NCBI GenBank assembly: GCA_963717145.1
Contig: OY970325.1
Location: forward strand, 3,712,001 to 3,776,000
Direction: 5' to 3'
DNA: 64,000 nt
From: an uncultured Armatimonadetes bacterium
GTDB taxonomy: Bacteria; Armatimonadota; UBA5829; DTJY01
This document shows positions 50,167 to 58,316 of this stretch, in pieces. The notes below the pieces were generated by a model. The model ran no database searches and was not told the origin of the DNA. It worked only from the letters and a program-made list of their open reading frames with translations. Numbering within the stretch: the first letter of the stretch is position 1; the number at the start of each line of letters is the position of its first letter. Position numbers and translations under genes: made by a program.

Positions 50167-50390
50167 GTAGTGGCCGCGCCTCCGTGCCGGCCATGCGCCT
50201 CCTACCGGGACCGTCTAGTCCTGAGTATGCCGGTGAATGACGGCATGTAACGAAGGACGGTGGCATTCCGCCAGACCTCCGTGCTCCGCAAGCCGCCCTT
50301 CGTTACATGCCGTCATTCACCGGCATACTCAGGGCTGACGGGTTGCCGTTCCCGGCACACCGGAAGGCCGGCACTGAGGCACGGCCACTA
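50167..50390. repeat. Composite repeat (family B palindrome nested in a family A doublet), copy 1
   Basis: A direct, highly similar copy lies at 52606-52821. Confidence 0.85.
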
Positions 50391-50508
50391 CGTTCTGTTT
50401 CCTGCATATTCGCGTTCCACACCGCCGTTCCTGCAGGGAATGGTTGGCCTGCTACCGGTCGCAGTTCCGGCGCACGTTTGCGTTGAAAGAAAAAATGGGT
50501 AGAAGGTA

Positions 50509-50563
50509 TTGACAAACGAACAGCACTCATGTAGACTAAGAGTGCTAGGTGAACTTAAGTTTG
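50509..50563 (+). promoter_or_regulatory. sigma70 promoter with LexA-like box
   Basis: TTGACA-N17-TAGACT (50509-50537); tGAACttaaGTTTg at 50550-50563. Confidence 0.6.
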
Positions 50564-50582
50564 CTGTCCCGGAGGAATCGTT

Positions 50583-50984
50583 ATGATGTCAGGAAGACAC
50601 TCGGGAATCCTCTCACGAGGGTTTAGCATCGAACATACGATCGACCGCACGGAGTCGATTCTTCTCTTTGCCGCCGTCCTCATGCTCCTTTTCGTCATCG
50701 GCATGTGGGCCAAAGGCCTCATCGTATCCGATACGCCTGTCATGAACATGGAGGTCACCGTTCAGCGGGGAGACACCCTCTGGAGTGTCGCTCAGGCTTA
50801 CGGCGATCCGGACGAATACATACTCGCACGCGTCGATAAGCTGGCAAAGGCGAATGGCCTGACACGGGGCGCTGTCCTTGACAAGGGACAGACGCTCGTC
50901 GTGCCCATGACCGGCAAGATGCGCGACCTTGTACTGCGGAGGCACATATGCAAGCAGACCGACTCCGGACAAAGGACCTTATGA
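50583..50984 (+). CDS. TM + LysM domain protein (YneA-like)
   Basis: One TM helix, then VTVQRGDTLWSVA...N.L....L..GQTLVVP. Confidence 0.8.
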   Translation: MMSGRHSGILSRGFSIEHTIDRTESILLFAAVLMLLFVIGMWAKGLIVSDTPVMNMEVTVQRGDTLWSVAQAYGDPDEYILARVDKLAKANGLTRGAVLDKGQTLVVPMTGKMRDLVLRRHICKQTDSGQRTL

Positions 50985-51403
50985 TCGAAACCGCCGCCTG
51001 CCGTCCGGATTCAGGGCCGGGCGGCATCGGCGTTGTCGCGCGGAACGTCCATCCCACGGTGGCAGGCCGGATATGCGAGCAGGCATACGGCGACATCGAC
51101 GAGTTGACGTACCGGGCGGTGCTCAGAGCGCTAGACCTCGGGAAGCGTCTCCGCCTGGGACGAGTCTCCATCCTGTGTCCCGATGAGACGATCGTCAAGC
51201 AGATCAACCGCGAGTTGCCCGTCCCCCAGCAAGGCCGGATTCCCCTGCTCTACGTGAGGGTCAAGTCGCTCATGTACACCTACAGCCACGCGGAGATCAT
51301 CGCTGCCCCCGAGGGCAAAGTGCGCGCCGCCCGCAAGCTCGCGATGGCCGGAAGCAGGATTCCCATCCCCGTCAAGAAAGAGCCCCGCACGCTCTTCACC
51401 TAG
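50948..51403 (+). CDS. RNase HI-fold protein, apparently inactive
   Basis: GPGGIGVV, YRAVLRAL and IVKQIN align with RNase HI, but the catalytic D/E/D positions are not conserved. Confidence 0.65.
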   Translation: MQADRLRTKDLMIETAACRPDSGPGGIGVVARNVHPTVAGRICEQAYGDIDELTYRAVLRALDLGKRLRLGRVSILCPDETIVKQINRELPVPQQGRIPLLYVRVKSLMYTYSHAEIIAAPEGKVRAARKLAMAGSRIPIPVKKEPRTLFT

Positions 51404-51450
51404 GCCCTGGGAATCATAATCATACTCATACTCCGTGGCCGGCACGGCCA

Positions 51451-51933
51451 CTACATCTCAGGCGGCCAATGCGTCTTCCGGCTGCTGGTGAGAATCCCGC
51501 CGGAGCAGCGGAATCTGGGGCCGATCCGGAGTGCGAGCGCCAGGGCGCACACGCAATCATCATGCTGCCCTCGACGCGCCTGCGTGCGGACGTGCCCCGA
51601 GTTGGTGATCTCATACTCGTAGAACTGAAGCTCCTCGATCAGCGGCTCGATGCGCGGATAGACGATCTCCTGATGAGCCAGACGGACGGCGAGGTTGTCG
51701 ATCAACTCGCGCTTTGTCTGGTCGTATGTCGGCGCAACGATCATCTGCACCGATCCGTCGAACGCCGCCGCGAACGTGGCGACATCGACCGCCGCCGCCT
51801 CGGTCTTGCCCCATCGCCGTCCGCACGCCGCCACTCTGACGGGATGGCCGTCGAGCAGCCACTCCCTCTGGCTCGGATGAGGAGTCCAGCCAAAGAGAGC
51901 CGCCGCCAGTTCAATCCTCTTCGCGGGTGTCAT
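51451..51933 (-). CDS. Internally deleted phage terminase large subunit-like protein
   Basis: PHPSQ, CGRRWGKT (Walker A) and VAPTYDQ fused directly to the C-terminal KRELIDNL...HDDCVCALALA. Confidence 0.75.
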   Translation of the reverse strand: MTPAKRIELAAALFGWTPHPSQREWLLDGHPVRVAACGRRWGKTEAAAVDVATFAAAFDGSVQMIVAPTYDQTKRELIDNLAVRLAHQEIVYPRIEPLIEELQFYEYEITNSGHVRTQARRGQHDDCVCALALALRIGPRFRCSGGILTSSRKTHWPPEM

Positions 51934-52300
51934 CGTTCACCTCCGCTATGCGATTGAGCACCGATGTGAAGCCATCGGCCTCGTCGTCGCCGGCGGAATG
52001 CTCGGCGGCGAGGAGTCCGCTGGCCTTGAGGAGATCGATGATCACCTTGTGGCGGACCTTCTCGTCGGCGGTCTTGATCATCGCCTCGAGTTCCTGGGCG
52101 GCCTCGACGACGCGCTTGCTGATGAACCTGATGGCGGTCAGGCGGTTGTCGCGCACGAAATCGCAGAGCGCCTGAGCGAACTGCGGGTCGCGCTTCCACT
52201 CGTCGAGGGTCTCGCGGTTGATCTTGAGCTTGCGAATGACCTCCTCGTCGGTGGACTGGAAGAGCAGAGCCACGGCCCTGCGCTGTTTGGGATCGAGCAT
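51911..52300 (-). CDS. HTH protein resembling a phage terminase small subunit
   Basis: KQRRAVALL...INRETLDEWKRDPQF; overlaps the terminase-like gene. Confidence 0.65.
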   Translation of the reverse strand: MLDPKQRRAVALLFQSTDEEVIRKLKINRETLDEWKRDPQFAQALCDFVRDNRLTAIRFISKRVVEAAQELEAMIKTADEKVRHKVIIDLLKASGLLAAEHSAGDDEADGFTSVLNRIAEVNDDTREED

Positions 52301-52318
52301 GATTGATGCTGCCTTTCT

Positions 52319-52332
52319 CGAACATATGTTCG
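52319..52332. promoter_or_regulatory. LexA (SOS/Cheo) box
   Basis: Perfect CGAACATATGTTCG immediately upstream of the RBS of the gene starting at 52300. Confidence 0.7.
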
Positions 52333-52490
52333 GCCTGATGATGTCTCCTCCGACCTGTCGGAGCCCTCATATTACTAGCACGCCATCCTGCCCCGAAAGA
52401 ATGAACAAACCGTGAACTCTCCCGGAAATCTTCGCCGCAATACATGCTGGTCGAAGAAAACCGCGACTTTCTTTTGCGCAAATATTTAGT

Positions 52491-52507
52491 TTGGCACGGT
52501 TCTTGCA
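52491..52507 (+). promoter_or_regulatory. sigma54 -24/-12 promoter
   Basis: TTGGCACGGTTCTTGCA. Confidence 0.85.
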
Positions 52508-52517
52508 CAATACCCTA

Positions 52518-52584
52518 GTGGACAACAACATCTTTTCTCCTTCCTAATTGCCCTCCGGCGCTTTGCCGGGGGGCTCTCTTTTTT
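52518..52584 (+). ncRNA. Putative sigma54-dependent small RNA, copy 1
   Basis: Promoter, then GACAACAACATCTTTTCTCCTTCCTAATT, then terminator GCCCTCCGGCG-CTT-TGCCGGGGGGC with a U tract. Confidence 0.7.
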
Positions 52585-52605
52585 GAGTGGTCTTCCCCGT
52601 CCCAT

Positions 52606-52867
52606 GTAGTGGCCGTGCCGGCCATGCGGCTCCTACCCGCGCCGTCTAGTCCTGAGTATGCCGGTGAATGACGGCATGTAACGAAGGACGGTGGCATTCC
52701 ACCAGGCCTCTGTGCTCCGCAGGCCGCCCTTCGTTACATGCCGTCATTCACCGGCACACTCAGGGTTGACGGGTTGCTGTCCCCGGCACGCCGGAAGCCG
52801 GCACGGAGGCGCGGCCGCTACGAGGCGATGCGATGGCGGAAGGCCGGCACGGAGGCACGGCCACTAC
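52606..52867. repeat. Composite repeat copy 2 plus an extra family A unit
   Basis: Matches 50167-50390 in direct orientation. Confidence 0.85.
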
Positions 52868-52903
52868 GAGCCGCCCGAGACGTTTTTTTGGCAAATGCGC
52901 GGA

Positions 52904-52920
52904 TTGGCACGATTCTTGCA
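52904..52920 (+). promoter_or_regulatory. sigma54 -24/-12 promoter
   Basis: TTGGCACGATTCTTGCA. Confidence 0.85.
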
Positions 52921-52930
52921 CTATACCCTG

Positions 52931-52996
52931 GTAGACAACAACATCTTTTCTCCTTCCTAATTGCCCTCCGGCGCTTTGCCGGGGGGTTTTCTTTTT
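52931..52996 (+). ncRNA. Putative sigma54-dependent small RNA, copy 2
   Basis: Body and terminator stem identical to copy 1. Confidence 0.7.
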
Positions 52997-53095
52997 GTAT
53001 AACCCCTCAACTTGTGGTACAATCAGCTTTGACTGGGACAGCTACCGGCCGCAGTGCCGGCGTCCGATTTATCCGACGTCGCTGAGGAGCCGTCC

Positions 53096-54052
53096 ATGAA
53101 GAAACGATACCTGCCGTACATCATCGCGCTCATCGCTATCCTGACCATCGCAACGATTCTGATCGCCGACGATTCGCCCTGGATCACCCCCGAGCCGCCC
53201 GAGTTCACCTTCATCGTCATGGGTGACAGCCGGCCCGGGCTGCCCGCTGAGGCCCAGCCGCGGATGTTCAAAGACCTCATCATGCGCGCGGATGCCTACA
53301 ACCCCGGGTTCGTGGTGCATACCGGCGATGCGATCTACGGGTCGTCGAGCCTGGGTAAGGTGCAGGAGCAGTACAAGGATTTCAAGGACGCCGTCAAGCC
53401 GCTGAGGGCGAAGCTCTACCTGACCATCGGCAATCACGAGGTGCAGAACCGGGAGGCGAACCAGACGTTCTTCGAGAAGGAGATCGGCGGGCTGTACTAC
53501 TCGTTCGACCTCAAGGGATCGCATTTCATCGTGCTCGACAGCCATATCGTCGGCGAGGCGGGTCGAATCGCGGGCAAGCAGCTCGACTGGCTCAAGGAAG
53601 ACCTGCGGAAGTCGCGGACCGCCCGGCACAGGTTCGTCTTCATCCACATGCCGCTCTACCCGGTCGACGGCCACATGGGGGCATGCCTCGATGCGCATCC
53701 CGAGGAGCGCGACGCGTTACACAAGCTGTTCATGCTCAACCGGGTCGATACCGTCTTCGTCGGGCACGAGCACTTTTTCGACGAGCAGAAGAGGAATGGC
53801 GTCCGCTACGTCATCAGCGGCGGCGCAGGGGCGCCTGTGTTCCCATCGCTGAAGGGCAAGGGCGACTTCTACCACTTTGTCATCGTGAATGTCAACGGCG
53901 ATTCGGTCAAGATGAAGGGGTTCCGCCCGGCGCAGAGAGGCCGACCGGAAGAGGAGTTCAGGATTCCGCCGGATCAGCCGCGTGTCCGAATGCCGAGTCG
54001 GTGGAAGAACTATGCCGGCGATGGCTTGTTGAAGCGCGCTAACTCGGCATAG
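53096..54052 (+). CDS. Exported calcineurin-like metallophosphoesterase
   Basis: GDSR, TGD, GNHE, FIHMP and GHEH motifs. Confidence 0.9.
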   Translation: MKKRYLPYIIALIAILTIATILIADDSPWITPEPPEFTFIVMGDSRPGLPAEAQPRMFKDLIMRADAYNPGFVVHTGDAIYGSSSLGKVQEQYKDFKDAVKPLRAKLYLTIGNHEVQNREANQTFFEKEIGGLYYSFDLKGSHFIVLDSHIVGEAGRIAGKQLDWLKEDLRKSRTARHRFVFIHMPLYPVDGHMGACLDAHPEERDALHKLFMLNRVDTVFVGHEHFFDEQKRNGVRYVISGGAGAPVFPSLKGKGDFYHFVIVNVNGDSVKMKGFRPAQRGRPEEEFRIPPDQPRVRMPSRWKNYAGDGLLKRANSA

Positions 54053-54154
54053 GCGGCCACCTGCTCCTCGATCCATCCATCGTCGCGCCGAAAGGATATG
54101 ACATGCCCCTGGAGATCAACTACCACGATATCCATGTGCAGAAGCTTATGCTAG

Positions 54155-55742
54155 CAGCCTGTCCATGAAATAACCTCTGGCGCAAGGTGCCAGGTATGTA
54201 GTAAAATACGGGTATGAGCAAGCCATACCTTCCTTATCAACCTGACCAGATATTGCTGTTGCCGCCCTTGATGTCGGAGTGGCTGCCCGAGGGACATCTC
54301 GCATACTTTGTGAGCGATGTCGTAGACAGTCTCGACCTTTCCGCGATATACGCCTCATACGAGAAAGAGGCCCGAGGAGCGCCGCCGTTCCATCCGGCAA
54401 TGCTTACAAAGATCATATTCTACGGTTTGTGCCGGGGAGTGTATTCATCTCGAAAGCTCTCCCTGGCCACGTATGAAGATGTAGCCTTCCGGGTGCTTGC
54501 GGCAGGAAATCATCCCGACTTCCGCACGATAAGCGAGTTCAGGAAGAGGCATCTCAAGTCCCTTGCGGACCTGTTTGTGCAAGTGCTCAGGCTATGCGCA
54601 AGCGCCGGGCTTGTGTCGATGAAACACATAGCCATAGACGGAACAAAGCTGCTTGCCAACGCAAGCAAGCACTCCGCCATGAGCTACTCTCGGATGGTCG
54701 AGAAAGAAAAAGAGCTTCAGGCTGAGATCGAGGCGCTCCTTGCGAAGGGTCTTTCTGTGGACGACCAGGAAGACGCGGAATATGGTCTTGACCGCCGAGG
54801 AGACGAACTCCCGGAGGAACTCGCAACCAGAGAGAAGCGGCTCGCCAAGATCAGGGAAGCAAAAGAAGCGCTGGAGCGCGAGGCCAAAGAGCGAGCATCA
54901 GCCGAAGAAGCGATGCGAGCCCAAGAGAAGGCGGAGCAGGAAGCATCCGGGAAGAAGCCTCGCGGCAGAGAGCCGGGGCCCGTAAAGACAGAGCCGGAAG
55001 GGAAGGCACAGCGGAACTTCACAGACCCGGAAAGCCGGATAATGAAGGACGCAAAGAAAGCCTTCGTGCAGGCATACAACGGACAAGCTGCGGTAGACGC
55101 AGATCATCAGATTGTAGTGGCGTGTGATCTCACGAACCAGGCAGCGGACTCACCGCATCTTAGTGACATGATCGAGGCAATCAAGGAGAACACCGGAAAG
55201 AAACCGGAAGAACTATCCGCCGATGCCGGATACTTCAGCAGCGACAACATAGAGATGGTCGAGCAGCAAGGGATCGACGCTTATATACCGCCTGACAGAC
55301 AACGTCATGGCAAAGAGCCGACGGCGCCTTCCTGCCTTGATCCGGCAAAGCAATCCGCCGCAGATCGCCAGAGAGCAAAGCTCTTGACTCCTCTTGGCCG
55401 AAAGATCTACGGGAGGCGGAAGGAGACGGTAGAGCCGGTGTTCGGCCAGATCAAGAGCGCACGGAACTTCCGAGGCTTCCTACTCCGAGGCCTTGCGAAA
55501 GCGAAGTCGGAGTGGACGCTTGCGTGTCTTGGGCACAACATGCTGAAGCTATACCGATACGGCGACCGGAAATCGATCTTCGATACGTAGATATATGACC
55601 TGGATCAGGCTGATTATCAAGGTACAAGGGGTCTTTACAGACCCTCGCCGGAAATCCGGCGAAAAACACTATCGAACAGCAGCCAGCGCGACCCCGCAGA
55701 TGGGAAACTCACCCACATAGCGGGGAATTCTCAGACAGGCTG
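54155..55742 (+). mobile_element. IS1182 family element
   Basis: Ends CAGCCTGTC / GACAGGCTG flanked by CTAG duplication (54151-54154, 55743-55746). Confidence 0.9.
54214..55590 (+). CDS. IS1182 family transposase
   Basis: LPEGHLA, PDFRTISEFR, IDGTK, TDPESRIM, ADAGY and VEPVFGQIK motifs. Confidence 0.95.
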   Translation: MSKPYLPYQPDQILLLPPLMSEWLPEGHLAYFVSDVVDSLDLSAIYASYEKEARGAPPFHPAMLTKIIFYGLCRGVYSSRKLSLATYEDVAFRVLAAGNHPDFRTISEFRKRHLKSLADLFVQVLRLCASAGLVSMKHIAIDGTKLLANASKHSAMSYSRMVEKEKELQAEIEALLAKGLSVDDQEDAEYGLDRRGDELPEELATREKRLAKIREAKEALEREAKERASAEEAMRAQEKAEQEASGKKPRGREPGPVKTEPEGKAQRNFTDPESRIMKDAKKAFVQAYNGQAAVDADHQIVVACDLTNQAADSPHLSDMIEAIKENTGKKPEELSADAGYFSSDNIEMVEQQGIDAYIPPDRQRHGKEPTAPSCLDPAKQSAADRQRAKLLTPLGRKIYGRRKETVEPVFGQIKSARNFRGFLLRGLAKAKSEWTLACLGHNMLKLYRYGDRKSIFDT

Positions 55743-56653
55743 CTAGGCGACGGCATTCGCTGCAAGTCTTTCCGCCGCGCTCTCGCTGAGATCGTAACGT
55801 CGGATTCCGCGGTCTTGGATATTGGTGCCGGTACCGGAATACTGAGTATCTTCGCGGCACAGTCGGGAGCCCGAGTGGTGTACGCCGTGGAGAGGACCAA
55901 GACGGCCGAGCTTGCCCGGCGCATCGTCTCGGAGAATGGCCTATCTGACCGCATACAGATATTCCAGGATGACATGGAAAACGTCGAGTTGCCTGAGAAG
56001 GTCGACGTGATAGTCTCCGAGTGGCTTGGCGGCTACGGGATAGATGAGAACCTCCTGCCCGTGATAGTCCAGGCTAGAGATCGATGGCTCAAGCCTGGTG
56101 GCAGCATGATACCCAGGCATGTTTCGTCCTGGATAGCCCCGGCCTACGATGAACTCCTCGACCAGGATGACGGCTTCTGGAGGCAGCACCCGTATGGCGT
56201 GAATCTCGCTGCCATCAGTGACGTCACCTCGAGCCAGTTGCTGTGGTGCCGCAACAACGTGAAGGAAGAGCACCTCTTGGCGGATGCGCGGCAGATGTGG
56301 GAGATCGACCCCGCCTCGATCACTCATGGTCAGGCGACCGACGTCTTCCAGGCTGAACTGAGCTTTTCCTGCCGCCGAAGTGGGCGCTGTAATGCGTTGG
56401 CCGCGTGGTTCGAGGCTTGCCTGAGTGACGGGAACATCCTGTCGAACCGTCCCTCAGAGCAGTACACGCACTGGGGGCGCTGGATCTTCCCCATCGGAGC
56501 ATGTCTGGATGTGGACGAGGGCTCGACTATCGCTGTCTCGTTCCGTGTGGAACCAGGGGGAACAGGGCAGTCGACGGCGACATGGCGGGTCAACCTCGGC
56601 GACTACTCATTCTCCTCGCAGGATTCGACGAGTCTCACCGGATGACGCGCTGA

Positions 56654-58216
56654 TCAGACGATGTAGCCATGCGCCAACTCGGTGTACCGCACTACCTGCC
56701 GCTCGGCCCACGGGGAATCGCGCCCAAGTTCGGCGGCCATCACCCGCGCCACCGTCGTCGCCATCTCGATGCTGATCTTCGCCCCCAGAAGCAGACACCT
56801 CGTCCGCCGCGAAAGGAAGTCCTCGACCGTCTGCGCCATCTCATTCCGGACCGCCCAGACGATCTCGCCGACGACGTGCGGCATCTCGGGATGGATGCGC
56901 TCGGCGTACTCAGGCTTCTCCCGAATGAGCGACTGAAGCGCGGGCGCATCCGAGCCATAGATCGCCAGGTCGCCGAACCGCTCGGAGTTCTTGTGGAAGC
57001 CATGGATCGGGAGATCCGCCGTCACGCACGGGCGTCCCGGATCGAGTTCCCCGAGGAGCGCCGCCTGGTTTACGGTGTCCTCCGCCATCTTGCGATAGGT
57101 CGTCCACTTCCCGCCCGCGATCGTGATCAGCCCGGTGTTCGAGATGTGGACGGTGTGGTCGCGCGACAGTGAGGCGGTGTGCTCCGCGTCCGACGATCCG
57201 ACGAGCGGCCGGATGCCGGTGAACGCGCTCAAGATGTCGTCATCGGTCGGGTCCTTCGTCATGTACCGCGCGGCGTGGCTGAGCAGGAAGTCGATCTCTT
57301 CCCTCAGCGGCTTCGGCTCGACCTCAATGCTGGTCACCGGCGTGTCGGTCGTGCCGACGATGACGGCATTGTGCCAGGGGATCGCGAAGAGCACGCGGCC
57401 ATCATCGGTGTGCGGCACCATGATCGCCGTGTCGCCGGGGAGGAAAGATCGGTCGAGCACGATGTGGACTCCCTGGCTCGGGTCGATCATCGGCCTGACT
57501 TCGGGGTCATCCATCCGCCGGACGGAATCGGCGAACGGCCCGGTCGCGTTGATGACGATCTTGCTCCTGATCTCGAACTGCTCGCCCGTCTCCGCATCTT
57601 CCGCGATAATCCCACTGACGACATCATCGGCCTTGAGGAGCGACTTCGCCTCGACGTAGTTCGCCAGGACCGCTCCCTGCTCGGCGGCGGTTTGGACCAT
57701 GTTGACGATCAGGCGCGCGTCGTCGAACTGCCCGTCGTAGTAGACCACTCCGCCTCGGAGGCCCTCAGTCTCGATGGTGGGGATGCGCTCGACGGTCTCG
57801 TCCAACGAGAGGAGGCTCGATCGCCCGAATCCCTGGCGGCCGGCCATGATGTCGTAGACCTTCAGCCCGAATCCGTAGAATCCGCCCTCCCACCAGTCGT
57901 ATCGCGGGACGACGAACGCGAGGTCGTGGACGAGATGCGGGGCGTTCTGGCGAAGGAGTCCACGCTCCCGGAGCGCCTCCAGGACGAGCGAGATATTCCC
58001 CTGCTGGAGGTATCGGACGCCACCGTGGGCGAGCTTGGTGCTCCGGCTCGAAGTGCCCTTGCCGAAGTCGAATCGCTCGACGAGGACGGTCCGGTAGCCC
58101 CGTGACGCGGCATCGATGGCGATCCCCACGCCGGTCGCCCCTCCGCCGATCACGACGATATCCCACGGATCGGTCGCGCTCCGTATCCGTTCGAGCATTG
58201 TATCTCGATCGAGCAT
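56654..58216 (-). CDS. glpD: FAD-dependent glycerol-3-phosphate dehydrogenase
   Basis: GGGATG, GTSSRSTKLAHGGVRYL, GTTD and GGKWTTYR motifs. Confidence 0.95.
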   Translation of the reverse strand: MLDRDTMLERIRSATDPWDIVVIGGGATGVGIAIDAASRGYRTVLVERFDFGKGTSSRSTKLAHGGVRYLQQGNISLVLEALRERGLLRQNAPHLVHDLAFVVPRYDWWEGGFYGFGLKVYDIMAGRQGFGRSSLLSLDETVERIPTIETEGLRGGVVYYDGQFDDARLIVNMVQTAAEQGAVLANYVEAKSLLKADDVVSGIIAEDAETGEQFEIRSKIVINATGPFADSVRRMDDPEVRPMIDPSQGVHIVLDRSFLPGDTAIMVPHTDDGRVLFAIPWHNAVIVGTTDTPVTSIEVEPKPLREEIDFLLSHAARYMTKDPTDDDILSAFTGIRPLVGSSDAEHTASLSRDHTVHISNTGLITIAGGKWTTYRKMAEDTVNQAALLGELDPGRPCVTADLPIHGFHKNSERFGDLAIYGSDAPALQSLIREKPEYAERIHPEMPHVVGEIVWAVRNEMAQTVEDFLSRRTRCLLLGAKISIEMATTVARVMAAELGRDSPWAERQVVRYTELAHGYIV

Positions 58217-58316
58217 GGGGATATTGTACCATACCGCCTGTGGAGTGCGGAAGGAGTCCGACGCCTAACGCATCGAACATACCCTCAGCAATCATCTCCG
58301 GAAAGGTCCGCACCGC

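Larger units (their letters stand above)
54103..56645 (+). pseudogene. Protein arginine methyltransferase (PRMT)-like gene interrupted by IS1182
   Basis: Excising the IS gives MPLEINYHDIHVQKLMLGDGIRCKSF...VLDIGAGTG...VDVIVSEWLGGYGIDE...THW. Confidence 0.85.

Noticed and set aside
51451-52300. Intact prophage
   Set aside because: No portal, capsid, tail, lysis or integrase genes, and the terminase is internally deleted.
52367-52545. Minus-strand small ORF with a strong RBS (AGGAAGGAGAAAAG-ATG) at the duplicated unit
   Set aside because: The second copy stops after 7 codons, and the promoter and terminator polarity point to a plus-strand RNA.
50167-52996. CRISPR array or other repeat-spacer array
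   Set aside because: The repeats are palindromic REP-like units without regular unique spacers, and no cas genes are present.
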